Shown here in pieces: positions 12,607 to 25,180 of a stretch of 64,000 nt of DNA (its first letter is position 1; the number at the start of each line of letters is the position of its first letter). Below the pieces are notes generated by a model. It had not been told where the DNA came from, made no database searches, and worked only from the letters and a program-made list of their open reading frames with translations. The stretch is from Vicugna vicugna (taxonomy: Eukaryota), in assembly GCA_013265495.1 (NCBI GenBank), contig MU058065.1, forward strand, positions 10,147,720 through 10,211,719, in the 5' to 3' direction. Made by a program: the position numbers and the translations under genes.

Positions 12607-14074
12607 GTAATTTTTCCATAGACTGTTCTGCAAATTCGTCAAATATGTACCAATTTTATAGTCACATCTTTGGGTTGATTACACATTATTTTTCCTGAAA
12701 TTCTTTCTCTGGATTTGCTATCTCATGATCTATGCAAATAAGTCAGATTCGTTGTTTCTCTGTTATTACGCTAGGGGAAGCATTTCTTAAGTTTTCATGC
12801 CAATTTTTCAATCTTCTGTGTTTTCTGTATGTAGGTAAGTATATACCTGTTAATCAGTCAATCATCATGCAGTCACACTACCTGCTTCCCAAGGGGGGGG
12901 TTATTTTACTAGATTATGTGGAACTGGTTTATTTAATTTATGTCTTGTCTAATCCCATGATACATACATTTCTTGCAAACACATATTTCCATTTTTCTGC
13001 ATTTTAGATTTGAGATTTCCTTCCCAGTTGTAAATTTTGTTTGAAGTTTCAAACTGACACTCCTCATTTAATGCAACCCAAAATTATTATTCAGTGTAAC
13101 CATTAAAAAAATTATAATCTTCAATCCCTCTTACATACAAATTATTCTGTATAACTTTAAAACAATATGACACTTTAAAACCATTATTAGAAAATGAATA
13201 CATTTATAATGTTTTCAACAAATGATTTCACTGTTCCAAAAGTATGCAGAAATCTAAGACTTGCATCTTTTAAATGTTTTCACCTTAGATTTTATTTATA
13301 AAAATATAGCTGCTTTATTTTTCTGTAGTTGGCATCTTCCATCTTTTACTTTTCTTGAGTTCTATTATTAGCCATCTCTCCTCCAAATTTGTTTTCTTGC
13401 TCCTTAGTTTTGCAAGTTGCATTTAAGTTTACTTTTGTCCTTGTCCTTTTTTAAAAAAAATCAAAGTAATAGGCTTTCCTTCTATTTATGCCTAGTAACC
13501 TGATCTAGTTACCTATTTAAGTTTTAGGTTTTCATAGCATCAACTTTCAATTTAGCCAAGTTGATTTCTTTTTTTCTCTCTTATTTATTAGTGGAACGTT
13601 TTATGGCACCCATGTCCTGAAGAATATCTTGCTTCTCTGAATTAGTTTGTCTCTCAGACTCTCCTTTCTTGGAAACTGTCCCCATGTTTTCCTAAGCTTC
13701 TCAGTGGTTGGCATAATTGAAATTCACTTTCTTGGTGTTTCTGGTTCTCTCTCCTTTTCTTAAAATCACAAAATTTATTCATCTGTAATTATGTTAATTA
13801 AGTTTATTTCCTTTGGCTTTAATTGGCATAAAGCAACACAAAAGAGCAGTATCCAAAAAGGAAATCTGGGACAATAGGACCCAGAAATCCAATTCCTTTT
13901 ACTCCTCATTCCCAATATTTTTCTATGCAGACTAAATTACTGAGACATCCAGCCCTAACAGAACCTTGTTTCAAGTTTTTATGTCTTGTCTTCCCAGTAC
14001 GTCTACAAAATTTACAAGCGAAAAATGTCTGCTTACAAACTGTATCTCCTACAATATTGGTAATTAAAATGTAT

Positions 14075-14220
14075 ACCTAGATGTGCATATTTGACATCTC
14101 AAGGAAGCTTGTTATGAATACAGCATTCTTGGCCCACTCCAGACATACTGAATCAAAATATGATTTTAACAAAATCTTCGTGTGATTTGTATGCACAGCA
14201 TAGATTGAGTAGCATTGTTA
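14075..14220. mobile_element. MER5-like hAT-Charlie fragment
   Basis: ttcttggcccactccagacatactgaatca...ttttaacaa...gtgatttgtatgcaca. Confidence 0.6.
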
Positions 14221-15099
14221 TATAAAATGACTTGCATATGATAGATACTGGTAAAATCATTGTTGTAGGCTTTTAATCATTTCTGAACTAATTAAGATTA
14301 GTAATCAAGATCTAATGATTGCCATAGGATAACTGAAATGTTTGCCCTCCAAATTCCCAAATACCTGCATCTAAAAAAACTTAGGGTTGCAAAAATAAAT
14401 CTATAATTTTAATAAAAAACATTACAATTTTATTATGGGTTTATTTTTAAACTTTCAGTACTCAAATTTTACATTTTCTGTTACAGAGTGGGAACATGAA
14501 TTTCTCAGCACTTTCAACTGATGCATTTTCTTTGTGATCTCTTTAATGAATATTTTTGATTAAATACACATTTATTTTCAAGTGGTGTCAGTTATAAAAC
14601 ATGATATTTGGGGGATGCTCTATTTTCCCCATACATTTTTTTCCTTTTTTCTATGTGGTTTATATTCTTTAATATGTCTGGATTTAAAAAGGTTGATCAT
14701 GTATGTTGTCATTTACAATTTATGGAATAATTTTTTTTTCCTCCCTCACTTAATTCATAGCCTAAAAATAACTAAATTTAATCAGTTTTTATAGATTGTT
14801 TAAATTATTATGAAATAATAGTAAAACAGACAATTCTGCAAAGATATACATTATCTAAATTTTTTCTTTCATTAGTAATTTTTTACAGATAATTGTTAAA
14901 TCACAAATACATTATCCTTAAATCATTTCCCACACACTTTCTTAACACTTGTATTGTTAATCTATTTCTCTATTTAACTGTTTTAAAATGACTACTAATT
15001 GTTTTGTATATAAAATTAATAGCTTTTACAATCATTTCTTACTGCATTTTACTCTTGCAATAGCAATCACTAATTTTTAAGAATTATATTTTATTGCAC

Positions 15100-15745
15100 T
15101 TTTATTGAGATAATTATTGATTCACATGCAGTTGTAGGAAATAATACAGAGAGAATCCATTAAAACCATTTCTCCCAATGGTAATATTTTGTAGTTATCT
15201 GACAATATCACAACCAGGATATTGACATGGATACAATCCATCAATCTTAATCAGAGTTCCTCAGTTTTGCTTATACACATTTGTGTGTTTGTACATTTGG
15301 TTCTATACAATTTTATCACACATGTTGGGTACACATGTCTACCACTACAGTCAAGATATTGAACAGTCCCAACATCACAAAGTTTCAAGTATTGTCACTT
15401 TATAACTTCTCTGCTATCCTCAACCCATACTGTCTCTAACTCCTGGAAATCACCAATCTGCTCTAAAATTTTGTCATTTCAAAATGTTATATAAATTGAA
15501 TCATCCAATATGTTGCCATTTGGAATTGGCTTTTTTTACTTAACATAGTTCTCTCATCCAAGTTGTTGCGTGTATCAACAGTTTGTTTCTTTTAATTGCC
15601 AAGTAGAGATTTCCGGTATGAACGTACCGCAGTTTGTTTAGCCATCCACCTGCTGAAGGACATCTTGGCCATTTTTAGATTTTGGCTGTTCCAAGTGAAA
15701 CTTCTATGAATATTTGTGTACATTTTCGTGTGTGATTATGTTTTT
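15100..15745 (-). mobile_element. L1MC-type 3' end
   Basis: gattcacatgcagttgtaggaaataatacagagaga...caatatcacaaccaggatattgacat is typical of L1MC1/2 3'UTR read antisense. Confidence 0.8.
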
Positions 15746-16246
15746 ATCTTAAAAGTTTTAGTTTAATTCTTACTTCAATTGGCTGATAATCCCAACATAC
15801 AAAGTCCATAAGATTTTCACTCTAAGTTATGTCTATAATTGAAAATGAGCAGTCAGATAATGGTAATTCTGAAACATGCCTTGTCCATGTTATTGATTAA
15901 ATGGATCACATAAGATGGTAATTAATGTGATTACATCATCATAGTCTTGCCCAAGTTTGATGTTTAATGTGACTTTGTATTTAATCTTTCAAAGGCCAAG
16001 AATGAAACTGCACTAAATAGCAGCTTTTATACAAATATTGCAGCCAAATGTTAGTTCATTCCCAGTAGTGCCTAGAACAAACCTAACCACTAGGCTTATT
16101 AAAACTTGAACAGTTGCTGCCACTCCACCTGGTAATAGTTATGCACTTTCCATTCTTAGTCTGAGGTAGTAAATAGGGAAGGAAAAAAATGAATCTTCTA
16201 TATGCAGATACTTTATAGACTTCCAATAATTATATGTGTTAGTGTT

Positions 16247-16269
16247 TGTGTGTGTATGTGTGTGTGTGT
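16247..16269. repeat. Imperfect (TG)n microsatellite
   Basis: Direct reading. Confidence 0.8.
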
Positions 16270-16685
16270 TATCGCCCTGTGTTATTAAGGATCTAAATTT
16301 AATTCATCCATCATCCATCCATTCAACAAATTACTATTAAATGCCTGCTATATGGCAGACCTAAGGCTACTGCCTATAATTTAAAGATTAAATAATATGA
16401 TCTTTAGTATGAAAGAGTTCATTATTTAAGAGCTATAGCTCTATGGCTGAAATAAAAAATGCTGTGTTGTAGTTGTAAACAATTAGTACTGTTGGAAGAT
16501 GGTAGTGGATAATTTTAGTGAGCTTATAATGACATGGAGAAAATGATTTTTTCAGCACAGAGAACCAGATTTTCTTTGTATGTGCAGAGAGAAAGGAAAG
16601 ACCAATTTTTATTAAAAATATTTTTCCTGATAGATCCTATTTTGAGTTCTTAATTTGTATTTGGATTCCTCCTCCTTGCTTTCTT

Positions 16686-17693
16686 TCTCACAGAGGTAGG
16701 TGACATTTTTGACCTAACTCCCTCAGTTATGTGTCAGGGAGGAACACTGAGACAACCTGCAGCTTTTACCACCTTTGCTTCTTTAAAATTGAAATTCCCG
16801 GGGGAACTTAGGTTTGTCCAAATGGAAGAAGAGGGACCCTGGGTAGAGATGGAGTCTATTAAGGAACAAGAGGATGGGTGGGTGGGTTAAGTATTTCCCC
16901 CAAACTGAAGCAAATTCTCTTGTACTGGAGGAGAATTAAAGAGAGATCTGTGTTTCCCTGAGTAACACGTCTTGAAGTCAGCTTTCTTTTGGGAGCACCA
17001 AGGATGTAAGAGACTCAGAGACAAGAATGTCTACTGGGCACATCTAGGTATCAGGATTACAGTGCCCATCACAGATTTTGTCTACTCATAGCACAGCATG
17101 CCAGACATGAATAGTCATTGAGAAGGGAACGAGGGGCATCTCCGTGACACAGAGAACTGTCTCACTAACATGGTGTAAGACCTTGACGTGGCATAATAAC
17201 GGACAAAAGGGAACCTGTGAAATGATGGAGATTTATACATCCTCCAGCTTGGAAAAATAGAGAACAAAAGTAAAATTACAGTGATTTATAAGGCACAAAG
17301 AGAAGCAATATTTTATTTGCATACTTGAATTTGTGGTCATATCTGCCAATAGGGCCACTCTGGGGCACAAATGAGTTTCTCTGTCCTGGGTCCTGGTCTG
17401 ATGCTCGAGGGTTTTCAGGAAAAGAACTGTATTCTTTTCAGTGGAGAAGAAGGAGGGGCCGGTGGAGACAATCACGGCTCAGAAGAAGGACCAAAACAGA
17501 GAAGGAGCTAAGCTTGGCTACTCAGAAGAAGGAGAGCGAGGAGAACAGAGTGTCTAGAGAGGAACTGATAAATACATGTGATGTAAACCTCTCGTCTTCT
17601 TTAAGTGATCTTTTGTAAAACTGAAAGCAAAAGTCCTGAAATAATGTGTGATAGGATTGAAAAATAGAACGGTAAAGGGGTTGATATGTGACA
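16686..17693 (+). mobile_element. Possible ancient ~1 kb solo LTR (family uncertain)
   Basis: GC/purine-richer block bounded by TCTCACA...TGTGACA, a near-inverted LTR-like terminus pair, with an ATAAAT polyA-like signal about 120 bp before the right end. Confidence 0.3.
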
Positions 17694-17751
17694 TGTGGGT
17701 ACACACTGAATATTAAGGTAGCTAAAATTCAAGTTCACCATGACCTCAGTT

Positions 17752-17885
17752 TTATATATATATACACGCATACACATATATATACACATACATATAATAA
17801 ATAATATATACACTATAATATATGTAATATATACATATAATACATATATACTATAATATATATGATATATACATTATATATAATA
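17752..17885. repeat. TA-rich low-complexity/(TA)n tract
   Basis: Direct reading. Confidence 0.9.
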
Positions 17886-20182
17886 AAAACAATATGCATT
17901 GTAAATGTGTGTATGCAAATTTTGAAAGCAAATTTCTGTCTGTCTGGTTGTTGCTGATTTTGTTTTCTACTGCATTGGCTTTTCTGGGAAGGCTGTATGC
18001 TATATAGACTCTTTTAGGAAGGAACTACACTAATAGAACTGGCTATGTATTTTGGTAGTTACTGATAGAATGATCTATGAAGTCTCAAATCACTGAACAC
18101 CTACGAGCTCTTTGACTGTGTGCAATGATATTAAAAAACTGCAATTGTTTTCAATGGAGTAAGTTCATTGGAGACCAGGACTTGATACAGCTTTCATAGT
18201 ATTATCATTTGTGTTATAAACAGAGGTAAAAAAAAATGTATTATCGAGATTTCTCTCTGGGCTTAGAAATAAAAGGAAAAGAATGTGCACATTTCCAATG
18301 CTGTAGGATCAAGTTACTGTTGGTCTTATATTTTTCTTCTCCATTCATCACCTGGAGAGTTTGACATTTACAGTTTGCCAGCAATAAGTCTTAGAGGAAA
18401 GAGATGGGTCAGTTTGTCGCTAAAATCAGCAGAGGCTGTAAGATTAACACAGATAAAGTTGTCAAATGATTTTGACACTCTCCTCCTTAGTCCCTTGGTT
18501 TTACTTTTCCCAGGAGCACCTGAATGCTGACAAACTTGTGCAGCACAAGACTGAGAGTCATTTAATGAAAGCACGCTTTACTTCACAGCCCTAAGTTTCA
18601 CATTACAGTCATATGATGGAAAGACAAGTGGAAAAGAGACTTCTAGGTGTGTCCTGGGACAAAAGTCCGCTCGTTGTTACCCTCTAAGAAAGACTCTTCC
18701 ATGGTATAGCTATCTCCCTTGTTCAAACTTGACCTCAGATTAAAACCTTGCTCAATCTCTAATTTTACAAAAAAGCATGAAAAACCTTGTCCAATTAGAT
18801 GTTGCAGAGGATGGCTAAATTGAGAGAGAAACACAGCAGAAAGATTTTAGAAATTTAAAGAAATTTCTAGGAGAAAAATTGAATAATTGTATTTCCTATG
18901 GATGGAAAAATTATGTAAAAAGAGGAGAAAATAAAACATATGCTAATTAATCAGGTTCTTCTAGTCAATTGACAAAGTTCAGTTCACCAGTTATTTACTG
19001 AACTTCTACTGAGTGCACACTGACCTGAGAACTTGTTCCTAAATATTTAAAATCATGTCAGGGAAGTGAAACCTTTATAGGCTAAAGAAGCTAAATAATG
19101 ATTAAATTCACATAATTACAAATTCAAAGTAGTTACAGAGATGATGAATTCTTAAGACTTTGAAGGGGGAAGAGTGCTTGGCGGGGTGAGCGTCAGCGCT
19201 ACCTCTCTGCTGGGGAGCAAAGTGCAGCAGAGCCTTTGCTAAGCCAGGGTGGTCTTTGAATGAAGGCAAAAACGTCCAAGGACTTTTTTCCCCACAGAAA
19301 GTAAATACTACACTGTATTCTTGGACATGGGAAAAATAATGAAAGCAATGACACTTTTAAGAAGATTAATTTGACATATTCAGGAGGGATGAAAAGGGAA
19401 GACACCGAATGCTTTATGCAGGGTAATACAGCCAGTTATGGTAGACTGTGACAGATGAGAGGGAGGAGAAAATATTGTCATAATTATCTTTGCTTGCTAA
19501 TAAAAGGGAAAGTCATGCCTATGTCATGGCCTCACTGCTGAATGCTAAACTTGACTCTGCCCTGATACGACACCACCTTTGGTATTTTCATGGCCTCTGC
19601 TCACTAGAGCTCCAAGGGGCATGGGTTTTTACCTAAGTGAATTCCTAGGCCCTGCATCAGGGCCTATGACACCTGGAATAATCTGTCCCCAGGTACAAGA
19701 CAGAACATATGTCAAGCCCTTAGATCAGAAAGCCATCACATTTGTGCTGTCTTGAGTTTATACTCATCTCTATCAGATTTGAGTTTTTGTTCATCTCTGC
19801 TGTTGTGTTGTTCTGAATTCCATTTGTCACTCAAATGTATTGCCCAATTTTAGTTATTATGCCAATGTCTTTATATTTATGTCCTGTGTCTTCTCTGGAC
19901 ACCAACTTCAACTATTAGATGGACATCCTTCTCTTACTCAGTTGACTCCTTAAGGATTCACACTGGCCTGAATGAATGCAGAACCCTACTTTTCAACTGA
20001 AACTCAGGTTAACCTAACCTGAGCTCAATAGTTCTGAACTTGCCTTGGCCCTTGCGAGACAAGCTATTTTCATATTCACTCTGTCTGAACTTAATTAACT
20101 TTCCCAATTGTCATTCTTGGTTTGTGCGCCATGATACCCACTCTGCTTTGAATGTTCTCTGAAGATTTTAAACCCTATCTTC

Positions 20183-20708
20183 TGCTGGAGAGGCAGGATT
20201 TCCTCTTCTACCTCTCTTGAATTCTCCTTGCTGGACTAATAATAAAATTGGCATAGCACAGATTAACAGGAAAAAAGAAACAACTTTAATTCGAGTGCAT
20301 GGAAACAGGAGCTAAGAAAGGGCCAAAGGAGGCAGCTTTGTACTCTTTAGACAATACGTTTGAGAGGAATTGACAGGACAAAGGAACTTAGGTTTGGGTG
20401 CTTAATTAGTAAGGAATTTAAGCAAGGTTTGGGCTTGGGTATAAATTTGTAAAGAAGTAACAAGTTTTATTTATATAGGCTTCCCAGCCCTAAGTTCCCT
20501 ATCTCTATTGATAAGGATGTCTTTCTACCTGCAAGTACCAGAAGGTTATCTTTCAAAAGGGAGGTTTATTTCCTGCTTGTAGGGAGACAGAGAGGAGTGT
20601 CAAAGTGTCCTTCTTGCATCGGCTGGCCGTTTCTTAAGAAACTTTAGTTCAAAATAATTGATCTGCTATTGAAGCATATTTTGGGGCAGCTTGCCCTGAG
20701 CTCCAACA
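20183..20708 (-). mobile_element. Complete ERV1 solo LTR, MER34/MER39-like
   Basis: TG...CA termini with a perfect 4-bp TSD CTTC (20179-20182 and 20709-20712). Minus strand starts tgttggagctcagggcaagctgccccaaaatatgc...attattttgaactaaag. Confidence 0.85.
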
Positions 20709-21013
20709 CTTCTCTGAATCCTTTCAAATTGCTTGCTGTCTTTTGACCACATCATGACCATCTTTTTTTCTGTAATTGCATTTTTTTAATTTGTTTGTTT
20801 CAAAGGATCTTTCCATATTTTTACCATTGTGGGTCCCTCAAAATGTCATCCATTTCAAAATCCACCAATTACAGAAAGCGTTTTTGTCTGTTTATTCTCC
20901 ACTATTATGCATCTTGTTTAATTTCATTATTTGGTTAACATATCCTCAATAAATTTAAAGAACATGTTTAAATTTATTTCTGACCCAGTTTATCTCCAAA
21001 CTTTGTCTATTGA

Positions 21014-21072
21014 TTTATTTATTTTTTATAGTAAAGTATAGTCAATTTACAATGTTGTGTTAATTTCTGGTT
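21014..21072 (-). mobile_element. Very short L1 3' end fragment
   Basis: T-rich tail plus aagtatagtcaatttacaatgttgtgttaatttctgg, the same family as 2687-2890. Confidence 0.7.
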
Positions 21073-21905
21073 AAAATATTTGTATATGCAGTAAGATAAA
21101 ATTAAATTATTTTCAAATTAAAGCAAATGAAAAAGAGGGGTGCAAATTAAGATGAACATTATTATGTCCTAAATTCTTGGCTAGAGATTGGACACACAAG
21201 CAACAAGCAAGAAAGAAACATATCAGTTATTAGAATCAGTTTCTAAAAACAAATTCCTCAGAAAAAGTACTAAAGAAACAAGATAGTTACTCATATTTGT
21301 GTCTTCTCAGAGAAAATAGTATGCAATGTAAGACTAAATATCTTTAAGAATACCCTTACAGTAATGATCTGCAAATTCTTAAGAAATAACATAATTAAAA
21401 CTTATGACATGTCATACATTTCTTATATTTGTAAGTACATCAAGAGGTAAATTTCTTTCGGAAAATATGTTTAACAACACATTATATTATAGACTATCAT
21501 TTTTATTCAAAGAATTAAATAGTAAAATATTATTTTTATTTCAAGAAGTTAAAAAAAAGATTTCAAAACTAAGCTGCCGAAGTCTGATTTCAGAATACCT
21601 TCAAGCTGAAGACAGTACAAAGAATTAAGAACAAAGACACAAGCAGGCAAGGATAACCCTGAGGAGTCATCTTCCAAGACTAATGACTTGATACATTGGC
21701 CCAGTGGAAAAGCCAGCTCGGAAAAGAAGAGTGCTAGCAGTCCAGGGAAAAACAGTGAATGCTTTGGTCAGCTTCTCTGGCAGACTTCTCATTTCCTGTA
21801 GGCTTCTAGGCTTCTCACTGGTTGTGATGTTAAAAGCCAACAACCACTTGTTTATTACAATCCAAAGCTAGAGCAGTGTCCTAGTTTATCTGTATCTACT
21901 TCCTA

Positions 21906-21908
<3 letters not shown>

Positions 21909-21944
<36 letters not shown>
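21909..21944. repeat. (AC)18 perfect microsatellite
   Basis: Direct reading. Confidence 0.97.
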
Positions 21945-21948
<4 letters not shown>

Positions 21949-22434
21949 CATTTTCTTTCTTATACAATATGTCAGATAGAAACTGTCTACTTTCAAGCCC
22001 ACAGGAATTGTGCAGTGAATCATTATGCTTGAATCTAGAAACAATTGTGTCTCTCTGAAAACAGTTCTAGACACCTTTAAACATCTCTGGATTTGAATTC
22101 TTGTTTCAGTCAGACCAAGGATTCTAGTCTCAAAATTGTCAGATTTTTTTTCCAATGCTGCAGTTGTTTAGCTACCACATTGTCCCCTCTTTTCAGAAAT
22201 GTAAGATTCTTAAGATCTGGAATGACCCAAATTGATCACTTAGTCCTAGATATGGAAAGAAATCACACAAGGTAGATGGTGTGACTTGCCCAGATTTACA
22301 TTAATAGTTAACAGAAGAATCACACAACCAGAAACACAGGGTGATTTTCTTTCTCTCTTCCTTGGGGAACAGTAACCAAAATTTGGCTTTTAGATCAATA
22401 TTTGGAGAGTATTTTCTCTTTATTCATTCATTCA

Positions 22435-23256
22435 GAGCCTTCAATGGTTGCCTATCCAAACCTGAGTAATGATTTCCTGTCCTACCATCTGCAAAGCCCA
22501 ACTTGACCACCACACACTACTTCCCCTGAGCTTCCCTCACTCATAGTTCATCAGCCACCCTGCCCTCTTTGTAGATTTTTTTTTTAATTGAAGTATAGTC
22601 AGTTACAATGTGTCAATTTCTGGTGTACAGCATAATGTCACAGTCATGCATACACATACATATGTTTGTTTTCATTAAAGATTATTGCAGGATATTGAAT
22701 ATAGTTCCCTGTGCTATACAGAAGAAATTTAGTTTTTTATCTATTTTTATATATGTGGTTATCATTTGCAAATCTCGAACACACAAATTTATCACTTCCC
22801 ACTCCCTTTCCCCTGGTAACCATAAAATTGTTTAGTATATCTGTGATTCTGTGTAGTTTTATAAAGCACGGCATTCTGTCTCAAGGTCTTTGCACAACTT
22901 GTTATTTCTTTCTGGAATGCCCTTCTCCAAATATGTGCATGTATTACTCACACCTTTTTTGTCCCTTCTAGATATCTGAAGAGCCAAGTGTTCGTACTGC
23001 CCTACAAAAAACAGCCCCTGCCCCAGCCAATGCTAATTGGTATCCATTCCTCTTGTCCTGTTTTCTTTCTTTTTGTAGTTCTTATTTCTACTCAAAATAT
23101 TGTATATGTGTTGGTTTATTGTCATTGTTCTTGATAGGATCTAAGTCCCTTAGGAACAAAGTCTTCATCATTTTTTTTTCACTGCAGGCTCTTAGTGCCT
23201 AAGGCAGTGCCTGACTCCTAGTCGGTTTGCCTCAAGGATTTCTTGAGTGAATAAAA
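22435..23256 (+). mobile_element. L2 3' portion (interrupted by L1)
   Basis: ggtctttgcac...tctggaatgcccttc...ttcactgc...agtgcctaaggcagtgcctga...ttgagtgaataaa. Confidence 0.7.
22576..22848 (-). mobile_element. Young L1 3' end inserted into an L2
   Basis: polyT followed by aattgaagtatagtcagttacaatgtgtcaatttctggtgtacagc, similar to 2687-2890. L2-like sequence on both flanks. Confidence 0.85.
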
Positions 23257-23261
23257 ACTGT

Positions 23262-24250
23262 ATTTATTCATTCATATAATTAATTCATATTGAATACCTA
23301 CTTTGTGCCAGGTCCAGTTTTATGTAGGAACAGGAAGTAAAGCAGGTCTGATCCCCACCATCAAGTAAGGCTGGCAGGTGGGAAGACATGTTAGACATGT
23401 TAAAACACACATGAAGGTAAAACAACAATCAAGGCAAAGAATAGGTTGCAATGGTAAATAGCAACAGGTTGTGACCTAATCTAGATTGAAATCAAAGAAA
23501 AGAGCTCTGAAGATACAACATTTAAATTCATATCTGGATAATGAGGAAAACAAAACCATGCAAAGAGTGAGGGTGAAGAATAACTCAGAAGGTGAGAGGG
23601 ACAAAGAAAAAAAAGGCTGGTTTCACTGTTCTATCTGCCAAGTGGACTAAAAGTATACAGTTAGATAAGCAGGCCTAGGATCAAAAAGAAATGTCTGAGT
23701 TCTATACAGATTTGGGAATTATTAATATTAAGCTGGGTTGTAAAAGCCTGGTAATGAAGAAGATCTCCTCTGAAGAGATTTTAGAGGTAAAGGGTCCTGA
23801 CCATGGCTGAGGAACGATCACATTAATAATTAGGAAGTGAAGTGTGAAACAAAGGAGAACGCAAAGAAACAGCCAGGGAAGTTGAAAGATGCTGTGGATT
23901 TCTAAGATTGTGGAAGACAAGAAACAGTCACAGGATGCCTGAAAATTCCCAGGGAAAAACTCAAAATTGACAATGGATGTGACAGAACAAGGGCTAGTGT
24001 TGCCTTTCCCCAGAGCACAGTTTTGCAATGTCGTGGAGAAGAAAGACAAATGTTCCTGAGAGAATGAGAAAAGGGAAGTTGAAGAAGTGGAGACCGTGTG
24101 TTTATAAAATGTGTTCCAGTTGTTTGATTATGAAGAAAAGCTGGAAGATTAGTGGGAGAACTAGAAGGGGATGTATGATAAAGGAGACTTCTGTTTTAGG
24201 TTAAGAGGCAGTTTTTGGAATATGTTTGTTTGCCAAATGGAAGAACCCTC
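23262..24250 (-). mobile_element. L2 3' portion, tail-to-tail with the preceding L2
   Basis: ttattcattca...tattgaatacctactttgtgccagg, followed by a purine-rich antisense L2 body. Distal boundary approximate. Confidence 0.65.
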
Positions 24251-24380
24251 AAGGGGGAGACATTTCTTTATAGAAAATGCATATGAACACAGAATCCTAC
24301 CTTAGATTTCAAGGAATTCACCAACCTCGTTAAATCCTTTCAGAATTCATGGATCTCAGTTTAATAGCAGGTGTCCGAAG

Positions 24381-25180
24381 TGATACTGTGGTTTATAATA
24401 AGAAACATATACTTGGTCTTCATTCCATTTCTGGCACAGAACTTCTAAAACCTTTTGGAGTTTCTGACAAAGATGTCTCTTGTTATGTCACTGAGGTGAC
24501 TTTTGGACCCCACTTAAGGGTGGGAGCTGGTTGCTAGAGAAACCAACTACGTGATTTAAAGGTTGGAATTTTCAGTCTCACCCCTGACGTCCAGGAAGGG
24601 GAGAAAGATGAGTTCAGTTACCAGTGGCTAATGATTTAATCAATCATGCCTAAGAAATGAAGCCTCCATAAAAACCCAGAAACGACGGGATTTAGAGTGC
24701 TTTTGGGTTGGTGAACTCAGAGAGAATGATGTGCTGGAAGAGGGCTTGGGAGCTCTGTGCCTTTTCCCCAGACTTGACCTACACATCTCTTCCACCTCGC
24801 TGTTCCCTGCTTACAACTTTTAATAATAAACTGGTGACTTAGGAAGTAATGTTCTCTGAATTCCATGAGCCACTCTAGCAAATAAATCAAATCCAGGGAA
24901 GGGGTCATTGGAAACTTCTATCTTTAGCTGGTGTGCCGGAAATATAGGTGACAACCTGGACTTGTGACTGGTGTCTGAAATGTGTGTGTGAGGGGGTGGG
25001 GTATGTGACAGGGGGCAGTCTTGTAACACTGAGGCCTTAATCTGTGGGATCTGAAGCTATCTCTGGGTAAATAGTGCCATAACTGAGTTAAATTGTAGGA
25101 TACCCAGCTGGTGGCAAAGCAATGATTGGTGGTCTGACTTTAATTCCACACACGTCAAAATTGGATCCAGAACCCATTCA
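24381..25180 (+). mobile_element. MER21-like solo LTR
   Basis: TGATACTGTG start; gggagctggttgc...aaccaac...gatttaatcaatcatgcc...aataaactgg...tgagccactctagcaaa...atacccagctggtg. Confidence 0.85.
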
